Of a stretch of 25,721 nucleotides of DNA, positions 1 to 6,972 are shown piece after piece. Origin of the DNA: a virus (Duplodnaviria; Heunggongvirae; Uroviricota; Caudoviricetes); the IMG/VR virus record IMGVR_UViG_3300012942_000033, positions 99,512 through 125,232 of that record; one strand, 5' to 3'. Both the position numbers and the translations under genes were made by a program. The notes below the pieces were generated by a model. The model made no database searches. It saw only the letters and a program-made list of their open reading frames with translations, and was not told the DNA's origin. How positions within the stretch are numbered: the first letter of the stretch is position 1; each line of letters opens with the position of its first letter.

Positions 1-53
1 CTATCTTGGGTCAGATTGATACCGAAGATAATTTCACCGATCGCGTAGGTCAT
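1..53 (-). CDS. 5' part of a hypothetical protein running off the window start (MTYAIGEIIFGINLTQD...)
   Basis: Minus-strand ATG at 53 preceded by AGGAG, just downstream of the 64..288 gene; frame open to position 1. Confidence 0.65.
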   Translation of the reverse strand, partial: MTYAIGEIIFGINLTQD

Positions 54-63
54 ATAGGCTCCT

Positions 64-288
64 TCAATATTCCTGAATCAGGATAGGGCTAACACTGTGA
101 TTGGTCATCAATCCATAGATGCCATAAGGATTCTCGTAGGATGGAGGATCGCTACAAATGAGCGCCTGTCGATCCAGTTGATCACTTGGAAGCTGATCGA
201 TTAGATCACGTAGCTCACGCCATGTGAACCCACGGTGAAAGCCTGGCTCTCTGACATAATCCACATTGAGCTTCTTCGGTTCAGACAC
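64..288 (-). CDS. hypothetical protein (~74 aa)
   Basis: ORF track 64..309; start moved to GTG at 288, which has AAGGA upstream and lies downstream of a minus-strand GGTTGACA promoter. Confidence 0.7.
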   Translation of the reverse strand: MSEPKKLNVDYVREPGFHRGFTWRELRDLIDQLPSDQLDRQALICSDPPSYENPYGIYGLMTNHSVSPILIQEY

Positions 289-307
289 TGTGATTCCTTC
301 CGCCAAC

Positions 308-339
308 ACTAGCTAATTAGAATAGCAATCATGTCAACC
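308..339 (-). promoter_or_regulatory. sigma70-type early promoter for the minus-strand genes
   Basis: Minus strand reads GGTTGACA-tgattgctattctaatta-GCTAGTGT, the same GGTTGACA motif as other promoters in the window. Confidence 0.5.
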
Positions 340-404
340 AGAATATTGAAGGTCTGGTGCCATATCATGTAGATTGCTAGAGTTGATATTACAAGGAGAT
401 CCCC

Positions 405-668
405 ATGGGGAAGCATTATAATGACAATGGTCGCGATATTCGTAAGCGTGGCCTTGCCATTGAAGTCAAGCCAGCACATAATCCAGAGCAGGCATTGAGG
501 AATCTGGATAGTGCCATGAAGACTCTCAAGCGCCGAGTGGTTCAAGAGGGTTTGATCCGCGATATGCGTCGTAAGGAATATGCGGAGACCAAAGGTCAGA
601 TTCGTCGTAAGAAACGACAGGAGGCGGTGCGTCGCCAGAAGAAAAAGAACCGCCAGCCGGTTACATGA
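405..668 (+). CDS. rpsU: phage-encoded ribosomal protein bS21
   Basis: Translation has the S21 pattern: ...EQALRNLDSAMKTLKRRVVQEGLIRDMRRKEYAETKGQIRRKKRQEAVRR; AAGGAG RBS. Confidence 0.88.
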   Translation: MGKHYNDNGRDIRKRGLAIEVKPAHNPEQALRNLDSAMKTLKRRVVQEGLIRDMRRKEYAETKGQIRRKKRQEAVRRQKKKNRQPVT

Positions 669-1015
669 ATCCTGGTCCCGATCTGGATGCTGAGGTTGCC
701 CGTAAGATCCTTGAAGTCGTGGTGATCTTCGATTCAGATTCTGGTGAGTATCAGCTGAGGGATCTCAGTAATAGGAAGACCATACCGTTACCTCCGTATT
801 CCACTGATACCGCTTCAGCTCACCAGCTGATCAGTAAATACAAAGCGGCAGGTTGTACCTTTGCTATCAATGCCAATCCAGATGGCACATGGGTAGTAAC
901 AGTTCAACATCCGCAACTCGCAGGAGTGAAGTTTGGGGCAAGTGGTCAAACTCTTCCTCACGCGATATGCCAGGCGATCCTGCAGTTCAACAGCCTATTC
1001 AAATTGTCGAGGTGA
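665..1015 (+). CDS. phage ABA-sandwich domain-like protein
   Basis: DLDAEVARKIL...PPYSTDTASAHQLI...T(L)PHAICQAIL matches the family pattern LDAxVAEKV...PxYSTDxxxAW...PxAICxAAL as recalled; ATGA overlap with the S21 stop. Confidence 0.65.
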   Translation: MNPGPDLDAEVARKILEVVVIFDSDSGEYQLRDLSNRKTIPLPPYSTDTASAHQLISKYKAAGCTFAINANPDGTWVVTVQHPQLAGVKFGASGQTLPHAICQAILQFNSLFKLSR

Positions 1016-1019
1016 TAAC

Positions 1020-1136
1020 ATGTTTGATTTCGTATTCGGTGCCGTTGTTGGTCTGATTGTTGGTTGGAACTTCCTTCCACAGCCAGCTTTCATTGCTGAT
1101 AAGGTAGCAGCCATTCGTTCCAAGTTTGGTTTCTAA
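1020..1136 (+). CDS. small single-pass membrane protein (38 aa, MFDFVFGAVVGLIVGWNFLPQPAF...)
   Basis: ATG at 1020 after GAGGTG; hydrophobic N-terminus; followed by a terminator. Confidence 0.75.
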   Translation: MFDFVFGAVVGLIVGWNFLPQPAFIADKVAAIRSKFGF

Positions 1137-1140
1137 GTAG

Positions 1141-1172
1141 AAGAGCGGGGGTCACCAATCCCCGCTCTTTCT
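1141..1172 (+). terminator. intrinsic terminator
   Basis: AAGAGCGGGG / CCCCGCTCTT 10-bp stem followed by T residues. Confidence 0.75.
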
Positions 1173-1197
1173 ATGAGTGGTTAATTCCCCAATGGGC

Positions 1198-1203
1198 TAA
1201 ATA
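1198..1203 (+). promoter_or_regulatory. T4-like late promoter core TAAATA
   Basis: Intergenic TAAATA upstream of a structural-type gene; the same motif recurs intergenically at 9124, 17471, 23677, 24319, 24612, 25164 (+) and 17399, 20998, 24259 (-). Confidence 0.6.
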
Positions 1204-1233
1204 GACAGAACAAATTCCAAGTGGAGGAACCTC

Positions 1234-2046
1234 ATGTCACAACTTAAGGCGAAACAGCTCAGACTGTCTGAAGGTAGCCTACTTGTAGGTGATTCGAACG
1301 GCTCCGGTTCGGCCCTAGCCGCCGGTGATTCTGATAAGATTCTTCGTATCGTAAGTGGCTCACCATCATGGTCGGCTAACGATAACCTGAAATCAGCGAA
1401 TACCTACAACACTGTTACGGCTACTGATGGCACGGGTGTCACCGTTGCTGTTCAGAATTCGGGTGGTAATGCGGCTGCCACATTGGCGACCTTTAGTTCT
1501 GGATCGGCTTCTGACGAGGCATTTACCTTCAGTAGTGCGGCCGGTGCGGTAACCATTACTGCTACTGGATCGACTGCTGACGTTGACCTCATTCTAGCCG
1601 CACAGGGTAGCGGTGATGTCGTTATTGGTAGTGAGGGTGGTGGTATCATCCAAGCTGACGATGATGAGGATCTGCAGCTCAAGGGTGGCACTGGATCGGG
1701 TAACCTCTATCTAAATGGCGGCGGCACGGGTAAGGTCTATTACGGCGACAACGCGGATGATGCTGATCTAGAGGTTGCGACGGTTGGTAGTGTGGCAACC
1801 GCTGTCGATGCTGCCAAGGTCACTGCTACTCGTAGTGAATTTGCCGGTGATGCGACGTTTACCCTGAATGCCAAGACTGTCGCGGATTCAGTCATTGCTT
1901 ATGTCAATGGTATCCTCATTGAAGACACCTACTATTCCTACACGGCAGGAACTCAGACTGTTGATTTCACTGCTGGTTCGACCGCTCTTCCATATACGTT
2001 GGATTCGGTTGATCAGGTAGTCTTCACCTACGAGGTAACTGCCTGA
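1234..2046 (+). CDS. putative virion structural protein (Gly/Ser/Thr/Ala-rich, beta-rich)
   Basis: 270 aa, GAGGA RBS, late-promoter motif upstream, C-terminal ...IAYVNGILIEDTYYSY...DQVVFTY module typical of phage structural proteins. Confidence 0.6.
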   Translation: MSQLKAKQLRLSEGSLLVGDSNGSGSALAAGDSDKILRIVSGSPSWSANDNLKSANTYNTVTATDGTGVTVAVQNSGGNAAATLATFSSGSASDEAFTFSSAAGAVTITATGSTADVDLILAAQGSGDVVIGSEGGGIIQADDDEDLQLKGGTGSGNLYLNGGGTGKVYYGDNADDADLEVATVGSVATAVDAAKVTATRSEFAGDATFTLNAKTVADSVIAYVNGILIEDTYYSYTAGTQTVDFTAGSTALPYTLDSVDQVVFTYEVTA

Positions 2047-2059
2047 TATAGTGACAAGT

Positions 2060-2220
2060 AACCAGAACCCTTGTAGATCAGAAGAGTGATTTGCGAAGGG
2101 TTCTGGTTCTCCTTCATCGGTGCTGCGGTTTCGATGTCGCGCAATCACAGAGAAGGTGTGTAACTGAATCGCGCCAAACCAGATCCAGCGCAAGAAGCTG
2201 GAGCGAAATCGTAAACCTTC
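2060..2220 (+). ncRNA. putative structured RNA between the structural gene and its terminator
   Basis: Perfect 13-bp stem AACCAGAACCCTT (2060-2072) / AAGGGTTCTGGTT (2096-2108) with an inner stem; further stems TCCAGC/GCTGGA and GAAGGT/ACCTTC. Confidence 0.4.
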
Positions 2221-2222
2221 TT

Positions 2223-2247
2223 GGCGGGCCTTAGTGCCCGCCTTTTT
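2223..2247 (+). terminator. intrinsic terminator
   Basis: GGCGGGC-cttagt-GCCCGCC then TTTTT. Confidence 0.85.
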
Positions 2248-2344
2248 CATGATCCTTCCTATTTTGACATTCTGGTGAAGAGTACGTTACCAGAATCTAA
2301 CAAGGTGCGCAAAGCATCCAACAATAAGAGCCTCTGGAGGGGCC

Positions 2345-3208
2345 ATGGCACAAAAGACTTTGGTCATCAGACCATCAGACATTCCAGCGTTCAGAGATGC
2401 GATTGCTCATAACTACAAGGTGGTTGCCGAGCAGATTAGAACTCATCGGTTCTGTGATCAGGATTACTACTTCGTAAGATTGATCAACGGCGTATTCAGC
2501 TTGGTTCCTCCTGGATCTCATGATGCTGATTTAGTTAGAGCTTCCAATGACTACATTGCTGGTGCATTGGTTGGAGCGCTTCCTTATTCAGATCTTCATG
2601 GTAGTGATGGCATCAAGATTGATGAATGTGGTAATATCCGAGAAGTTGAATTGAAGCTCTGTATGAAATCAGGCGATCGCTATGAGATCAATACGAAGGG
2701 TCACATTCAGGTCGTAGATGGCGCGGGTAGCTTCAGGAGTGATTGTGCGGCTCATTTTGAGATCGTTTTCAACTTGAGTAAGAAGTGCGTAGATACCTAC
2801 CTTGTATGTTTTGATAAGTCAGCTTGGCGACTTATTGATATCTACAAGATGGCTGGTGAGAAGATAGTGGAACTGCTAGGTAAGAACCAGAATAGCGGAG
2901 AGGATAAGACCTCGAAGAAGCGCTCAATCAGTCTATCAGCATTCATGAAATATGGCCAGAAGGTCTATCAGGATGTTACCGAGGAGGTAGGTGTAGAAGC
3001 CTGGGAGCATGACATCTATCGGCGTTGTGGTCGTCATCCATCCGAGGGTGAACCGTTTTGGAATGATGAGAAGAAGGCCAAACTTCGAGAACTCTATGAG
3101 AGCGGGTTGGCTATTGGTAAGATCCGAGTTATTCTAGGTGCATCAACGGATTCAGCGGTCAAGTCACAGGTTAAGAAAAACAAGATTCGCCGCCCGGCCA
3201 AATCGTAA
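2345..3208 (+). CDS. putative PD-(D/E)xK-type endonuclease with a C-terminal GcrA-like HTH
   Basis: SDGIKID...EVELK catalytic-like motif; C-terminal WNDEKKAKLRELYESGLAIGKIRVILGASTDSAVKSQVKK resembles the GcrA N-terminal domain (WTDERxxxLKKLWxEGLSASQIAxxLGGVTRNAVIGKVHR). Confidence 0.5.
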   Translation: MAQKTLVIRPSDIPAFRDAIAHNYKVVAEQIRTHRFCDQDYYFVRLINGVFSLVPPGSHDADLVRASNDYIAGALVGALPYSDLHGSDGIKIDECGNIREVELKLCMKSGDRYEINTKGHIQVVDGAGSFRSDCAAHFEIVFNLSKKCVDTYLVCFDKSAWRLIDIYKMAGEKIVELLGKNQNSGEDKTSKKRSISLSAFMKYGQKVYQDVTEEVGVEAWEHDIYRRCGRHPSEGEPFWNDEKKAKLRELYESGLAIGKIRVILGASTDSAVKSQVKKNKIRRPAKS

Positions 3209-3258
3209 TTGACTCACTGGCCAATTGGTTGTTAAGTGAAGACCAACGAGGAGATCCA

Positions 3259-3552
3259 ATGTCTACAGACCTTTCAACAGACACTCTGGTCAAGCTGAAG
3301 GTGCCGAGCCTCTACAAGGTCGTGCTCTTGAACGATGACTACACCCCGATGGATTTTGTGATGCAGGTCTTGGAGGAGATCTTCAACAAGACTGCGGCAC
3401 AGGCCCAGGCGCTTTGTATGGAAGTTCACCAGGCCGGTAAGGGTGTCGCTGGCATTTACAGCAAGGAAGTGGCTGAGCAGAAGGTCTATGAGGTCAACAC
3501 GGTTGCTCGTTCATACCGTCATCCTCTAAAGACGATTGCTGAAGTGGCCTAA
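3259..3552 (+). CDS. clpS: ATP-dependent Clp protease adaptor ClpS
   Basis: PSLYKVVLLNDDYTPMDFVMQVL...EVHQAGKGVAGIYSKEVAE...HPL signature; ATG at 3259 after GAGGAG. Confidence 0.93.
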   Translation: MSTDLSTDTLVKLKVPSLYKVVLLNDDYTPMDFVMQVLEEIFNKTAAQAQALCMEVHQAGKGVAGIYSKEVAEQKVYEVNTVARSYRHPLKTIAEVA

Positions 3553-4124
3553 TGAATATTAACACTTTGGTTGATTGGCACCTCTATAACTATCTGGCGT
3601 TCCATGGGATGCTAGATAGCCAGGCTTTTGCCCATTTGAAGCGCCAGATTGATGAGGGTCATGATCTACAGGATCGCAAGAATATGGCTGGCCATGTGAC
3701 CTCCAGCTTTCTCCTGCTCGATCCAACCCTTACCAAGGTCCTCATGATTCATCATAAGGGCTTTGATAAGTGGCTTTGCCCCGGTGGTCATTATGAGGGC
3801 GATGTAACACCCAGAAAGAGCGCCCTCCGAGAGTTGACCGAGGAGACAGGTTTTCCGGAAGAACTGGTTGGCTATTTCGACCCTATGGGCTATCTACCCC
3901 TAGACATTGACACGCATGAGATTCCGGCTCGCCCAGAGAAGGGTGAGGGTGATCATTGGCATCATGATTTTCTCTACTTGGGTGTTGCCTCGGCTCTGGC
4001 TCCTCTGGTTCGTCAAGAGGAAGAAGTCAGTGGCGTTCTTTGGGTAGATATCGAAGACGCGATGACCTTTCCTGATACCAGGGTTCGCCGTCTTATGGCG
4101 AAAGTTTCTGAGCTTCTCCAGTAA
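3552..4124 (+). CDS. NUDIX hydrolase
   Basis: NUDIX box GGHYEGDVTPRKSALRELTEETGF; GHVTSS and HxHHDF motifs. Confidence 0.9.
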   Translation: MNINTLVDWHLYNYLAFHGMLDSQAFAHLKRQIDEGHDLQDRKNMAGHVTSSFLLLDPTLTKVLMIHHKGFDKWLCPGGHYEGDVTPRKSALRELTEETGFPEELVGYFDPMGYLPLDIDTHEIPARPEKGEGDHWHHDFLYLGVASALAPLVRQEEEVSGVLWVDIEDAMTFPDTRVRRLMAKVSELLQ

Positions 4125-4168
4125 TCCAAATAATGACAGCTAGATAGCCGCTACTCTAAGTTGGTTCT

Positions 4169-4543
4169 ATGCTAGCTCTATGGTTAATGACCGGTCTATT
4201 GATCAAACACTTCCTGTTTGATTTCCCCCTTCAGACTCAGAGGATGATTGAGGAGAAGGGGATCTACCTCAAAGAACATGGCATCGGTCATAGCTATCTA
4301 CATGGTTTTGGAACGGCTGTTGTTTTCGTTCTAGCTGGCATACCCTTTGGTATAGCCGGTCTAGCAGGCTTTATGGATTTCACGATCCACTACCACGTTG
4401 ATTATTGGAAGTCTAATCTGTGCCGAAAGTTCAACCTAACCCCTAGTGATAAGTGGTTTTGGACCGCCATTGGCTTGGATCAACTACTACATGGTCTGAC
4501 CTACGTGGCTTTGATCCATCTGGTACTCAACAGAGTTTCTTGA
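4169..4543 (+). CDS. DUF3307-like membrane protein
   Basis: KHFLFDFPLQ...H...H...DFTIHYHVDYWK...GLDQLLH pattern with hydrophobic segments. Confidence 0.75.
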   Translation: MLALWLMTGLLIKHFLFDFPLQTQRMIEEKGIYLKEHGIGHSYLHGFGTAVVFVLAGIPFGIAGLAGFMDFTIHYHVDYWKSNLCRKFNLTPSDKWFWTAIGLDQLLHGLTYVALIHLVLNRVS

Positions 4544-4633
4544 TTTCTATGATCCATATCTGCTAAGTAGAAGAGCCACAGAGGATGGCCTTTGTGGTAA
4601 GCCCTACAAGTCGGTAGGCAGTGGAGAAATAGA

Positions 4634-5494
4634 ATGAAAACGAGTAACCACTCGTACGAGCTCAATCTGCTCGTCAAAAATCGCCCCATCACGGAATACG
4701 AGCACCAAGGCAACATCTTTGTCGAGGGTCGCAAGGGTTCTGAGTTCGAGGTGGAATTCAAGAATAAGACGAGCAAGCAAGTTCTCGTCGTTCCTAGCGT
4801 AGATGGTAAGAGCGTCTTGGACGGTCAACCAGCTACACCCGAGAGTAAGGGCTATATTGTTGGCCCCTGGGGCACGATCAAGATTCCTGGTTGGACCCTA
4901 GACGGCGATAGCGTGGCGAAGTTCACTTTCGAGGATAAGGAGAAGAGCTACGCGAGTCAGATGGCCGAGGATGGTACCGAGGTTCAGAGTGGTGTCATTG
5001 GTGTGATGGTCTACAGCGAGGTTGAAAAACCAAAGCCTGTAGTTCAGCACATTCACCATTATCACCCTCGGCCTGAGCCTTGGCCCACTTGGCCGCTTCC
5101 AGGCCCTAGTTGGGCTGACCCATCCTGGATGAACGTTCCGTTGGGTGGCAATTCCTACAACTCGACATCAGTCTTGCGTGGTGCCACGCTATCAGCAAGT
5201 GCCTCGGTTCAATCCAGCAACGCTGTTTCTTCGGATCACGTTGTAAGCAATGCCCCTCCTATCGAGGGTGCTTTTGAAATGGGCGCTGGCTTCGGCGAGA
5301 AGGCCGACTTCAAGACTTATGAGAAAGAGTTCAAGAGGGATAAGGTGGTTGCTACCTTGCTTCTCTACTATGATAGCCGTCGCAACCTTGAGAAGCGTGG
5401 CATTCAGGTAGTGAAGCGAGATGCTCCGCTGAATCCTTTGCCTCAGGCATTCAGCGGAGTGGGTTGTACGCCACCTCCTGGGTGGCAGGGTTAA
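4634..5494 (+). CDS. hypothetical protein (286 aa) with a His/Pro/Trp-rich central linker
   Basis: Long ORF with GGAG upstream and a TTGATT-n16-GCTAAGT promoter near 4541. Confidence 0.8.
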   Translation: MKTSNHSYELNLLVKNRPITEYEHQGNIFVEGRKGSEFEVEFKNKTSKQVLVVPSVDGKSVLDGQPATPESKGYIVGPWGTIKIPGWTLDGDSVAKFTFEDKEKSYASQMAEDGTEVQSGVIGVMVYSEVEKPKPVVQHIHHYHPRPEPWPTWPLPGPSWADPSWMNVPLGGNSYNSTSVLRGATLSASASVQSSNAVSSDHVVSNAPPIEGAFEMGAGFGEKADFKTYEKEFKRDKVVATLLLYYDSRRNLEKRGIQVVKRDAPLNPLPQAFSGVGCTPPPGWQG

Positions 5495-5524
5495 TTGAAA
5501 CTCTGGTAAGCTAGGTGCTATAAT
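5495..5524 (+). promoter_or_regulatory. sigma70-type promoter
   Basis: TTGAAA (5495) n18 TATAAT (5519). Confidence 0.6.
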
Positions 5525-5559
5525 GGGGATCGGGCAACTGGTCCCCATTATGGTGATAA

Positions 5560-5799
5560 ATGCTAAACTCGTTCAATGACCTAACTGTTGAAGAACTCAA
5601 TCTCTTGGTTCTAGCCCTGGATTACTTTCTGTGTAATAGCGACAGCAGACCAGCCATTTCTGAGCTATCTGAGGATTTGCTGTTACACCTTGACATCCTT
5701 ACGGAATCCTTGGAGGATTCTGCCTCTTTGGTCTCCACCCACCTAGTGGAGAAATCAGACAACCTCCTTATAGTCGATTTCACACCAACGGATAGTTGA
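5560..5799 (+). CDS. hypothetical acidic/Leu-rich protein (79 aa)
   Basis: ORF track; GGTG before ATG; downstream of a promoter. Confidence 0.7.
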   Translation: MLNSFNDLTVEELNLLVLALDYFLCNSDSRPAISELSEDLLLHLDILTESLEDSASLVSTHLVEKSDNLLIVDFTPTDS

Positions 5800-5844
5800 C
5801 ATAATCACCACTCTGTTCCAAACGATAGATTGAATGAGGAATCC

Positions 5845-5976
5845 ATGAAACAAAGCACTAGGATCGTATTGGCCATTCTGGCTCTACTGGTAGGCGTTTA
5901 CGCTACGGTGATATTCGCGGGTGGCACCAATCATTCTACTCCGATTCTCCAGCAGAGTGGTCGAAGAGGCGGCTAA
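5845..5976 (+). CDS. small membrane/signal-anchored protein (43 aa, MKQSTRIVLAILALLVGVYATVIFAGG...)
   Basis: Translated manually; GAGGA RBS; stop TAA abuts the next ATG; below the ORF-track cutoff. Confidence 0.75.
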   Translation: MKQSTRIVLAILALLVGVYATVIFAGGTNHSTPILQQSGRRGG

Positions 5977-6447
5977 ATGATTTGGGTCTGGCTCTCCGTC
6001 TTGGCCGCTTCAATTGGTCTATCATATACCTGGTGGCCTAGGGATAAGCGTAGCTGGAAGGTGGTAGCGTTTACCGCCCTTACGTTCTCCGCTACCATCA
6101 TGCTTGGCATTTATATCACTCAGGCCTGGCCCGTTGAGCACTATAGGATCGAGAAGATCCAGAAGAAATACGTCAATCCACCCAAGGTCATCTATAAGGA
6201 TCGGATCGTCTATCGGATTCCTGGTAAGGAATTTGAACCCCTCAATGCTGCTGACATTTGTAAGGGTTCACGTCCGGTAAAACTACTCACCATTGATATT
6301 AGCAAAAATGGTGATGATTCAACCACTTGGCTTATCGTTAAGCCTCTAGGTTCTGAGATTAAGATCACCTGCTATATCAGTGGTAATTTGGATCATTTCT
6401 GGCAGGTTGGTGATATCGTTCAATTTACGAATGGTAAGCCCGAATAG
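5977..6447 (+). CDS. hypothetical membrane protein (two N-terminal TM segments)
   Basis: 156 aa ORF, hydrophobic N-terminus, GAGG RBS. Confidence 0.75.
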   Translation: MIWVWLSVLAASIGLSYTWWPRDKRSWKVVAFTALTFSATIMLGIYITQAWPVEHYRIEKIQKKYVNPPKVIYKDRIVYRIPGKEFEPLNAADICKGSRPVKLLTIDISKNGDDSTTWLIVKPLGSEIKITCYISGNLDHFWQVGDIVQFTNGKPE

Positions 6448-6489
6448 CCGAGACATCTCCATTATTTTCACACTGGATGAAAAAAGGGC

Positions 6490-6518
6490 TTGACGCTTTC
6501 ACCTTTCTATCCTAGACA
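6490..6518 (+). promoter_or_regulatory. sigma70-type promoter of the non-coding unit
   Basis: TTGACG (6490) n17 TAGACA (6513), A-tract upstream. Confidence 0.65.
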
Positions 6519-6528
6519 GATGATACGG

Positions 6529-6608
6529 CGACGATAGCGCGCAACGATAGGGCATAGAAGTTAGACGACGGTCTAACAGTTCAGCCCGACAATAGCGCGC
6601 AACAATAG
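6529..6608 (+). repeat. 22-nt direct repeat x2 (CGACRATAGCGCGCAACRATAG)
   Basis: Copies at 6529-6550 and 6587-6608, 20/22 identical, both differences G/A. Confidence 0.85.
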
Positions 6609-6880
6609 CCGGATGTCTTCCAGCTATCAGGCGAGCGGCTGGGCGGGTCATGAGACCAAGAGGGGTGAAACACCCAAGCGTTTGGTAGTTTTAATCCGAA
6701 GCATAGGCCGCGCGGCTATGTTAGGAAGAAGATGGGCCCCGCTCTTCGGAAGGTGCAGGCGGGTTTATTGCTCGGGGTAAGAACCCTAATGGAACTTCCG
6801 CCAATGTGGAGGGGTGACGTGGGCATTAAGTTGTCGGGTCACAGAGTTTCCGATGCCGTCGAGTTTACTCCGGCTCACTA

Positions 6881-6915
6881 GGCCTCGGTAGGGAAACCTA
6901 CCGGGGCCCTTTTTT
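6881..6915 (+). terminator. strong intrinsic terminator
   Basis: GGCCTCGGTAGG-GAAA-CCTACCGGGGCC followed by a T-tract. Confidence 0.9.
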
Positions 6916-6972
6916 CCACTTGAAACATCGGATCTTGGTGTTACGTTCCTGTAGCATTCAATAGGAGTCGTT

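Larger units (their letters stand above)
6525..6915 (+). ncRNA. putative ~390-nt structured non-coding RNA of unknown family
   Basis: No ORF of 60 aa or more; bounded by promoter and terminator; many GC-rich hairpins (GTTAGAC/GTCTAAC, CCAGC/GCTGG, GGTC/GACC, GGGTG/CACCC, CCCGC/GCGGG with a cUUCGg loop, CTTCCGC/GTGGAGG, GCCG/CGGC). Confidence 0.6.

Noticed and set aside
309-545. Minus-strand 78-aa ORF
   Set aside because: Shadow of the bS21 gene and overlaps the divergent promoter region; no RBS
835-840. TAAATA at 835-840 (and likewise at 23923-23928)
   Set aside because: Inside coding sequence with no suitable downstream start; treated as chance
853-1136. ORF-track entries 853..1056 and the N-terminal extension of 933..1136
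   Set aside because: Alternative frames inside 665..1015; the real small gene starts at ATG 1020
2160-2220. c-di-GMP-I riboswitch-like segment (GCCAAACC...GCAA...GGAGCGAAA)
   Set aside because: Consensus GGCAAACC/GGGACGCAAAGC is not matched, and the position is 3' of a gene, before a terminator
6529-6608. CRISPR mini-array interpretation of the 22-nt repeat
   Set aside because: Only two copies, short for CRISPR repeats, the spacer is itself a hairpin, and there are no cas genes in the window
6525-6915. RNase P RNA, tmRNA or group I intron as the identity of the large ncRNA
   Set aside because: No GAGGAAAGUCC/ACAGAAxCCGGCUUA pair, no T-arm+CCA end or credible ANDN tag frame, no P7 GACUA/UAGUC elements
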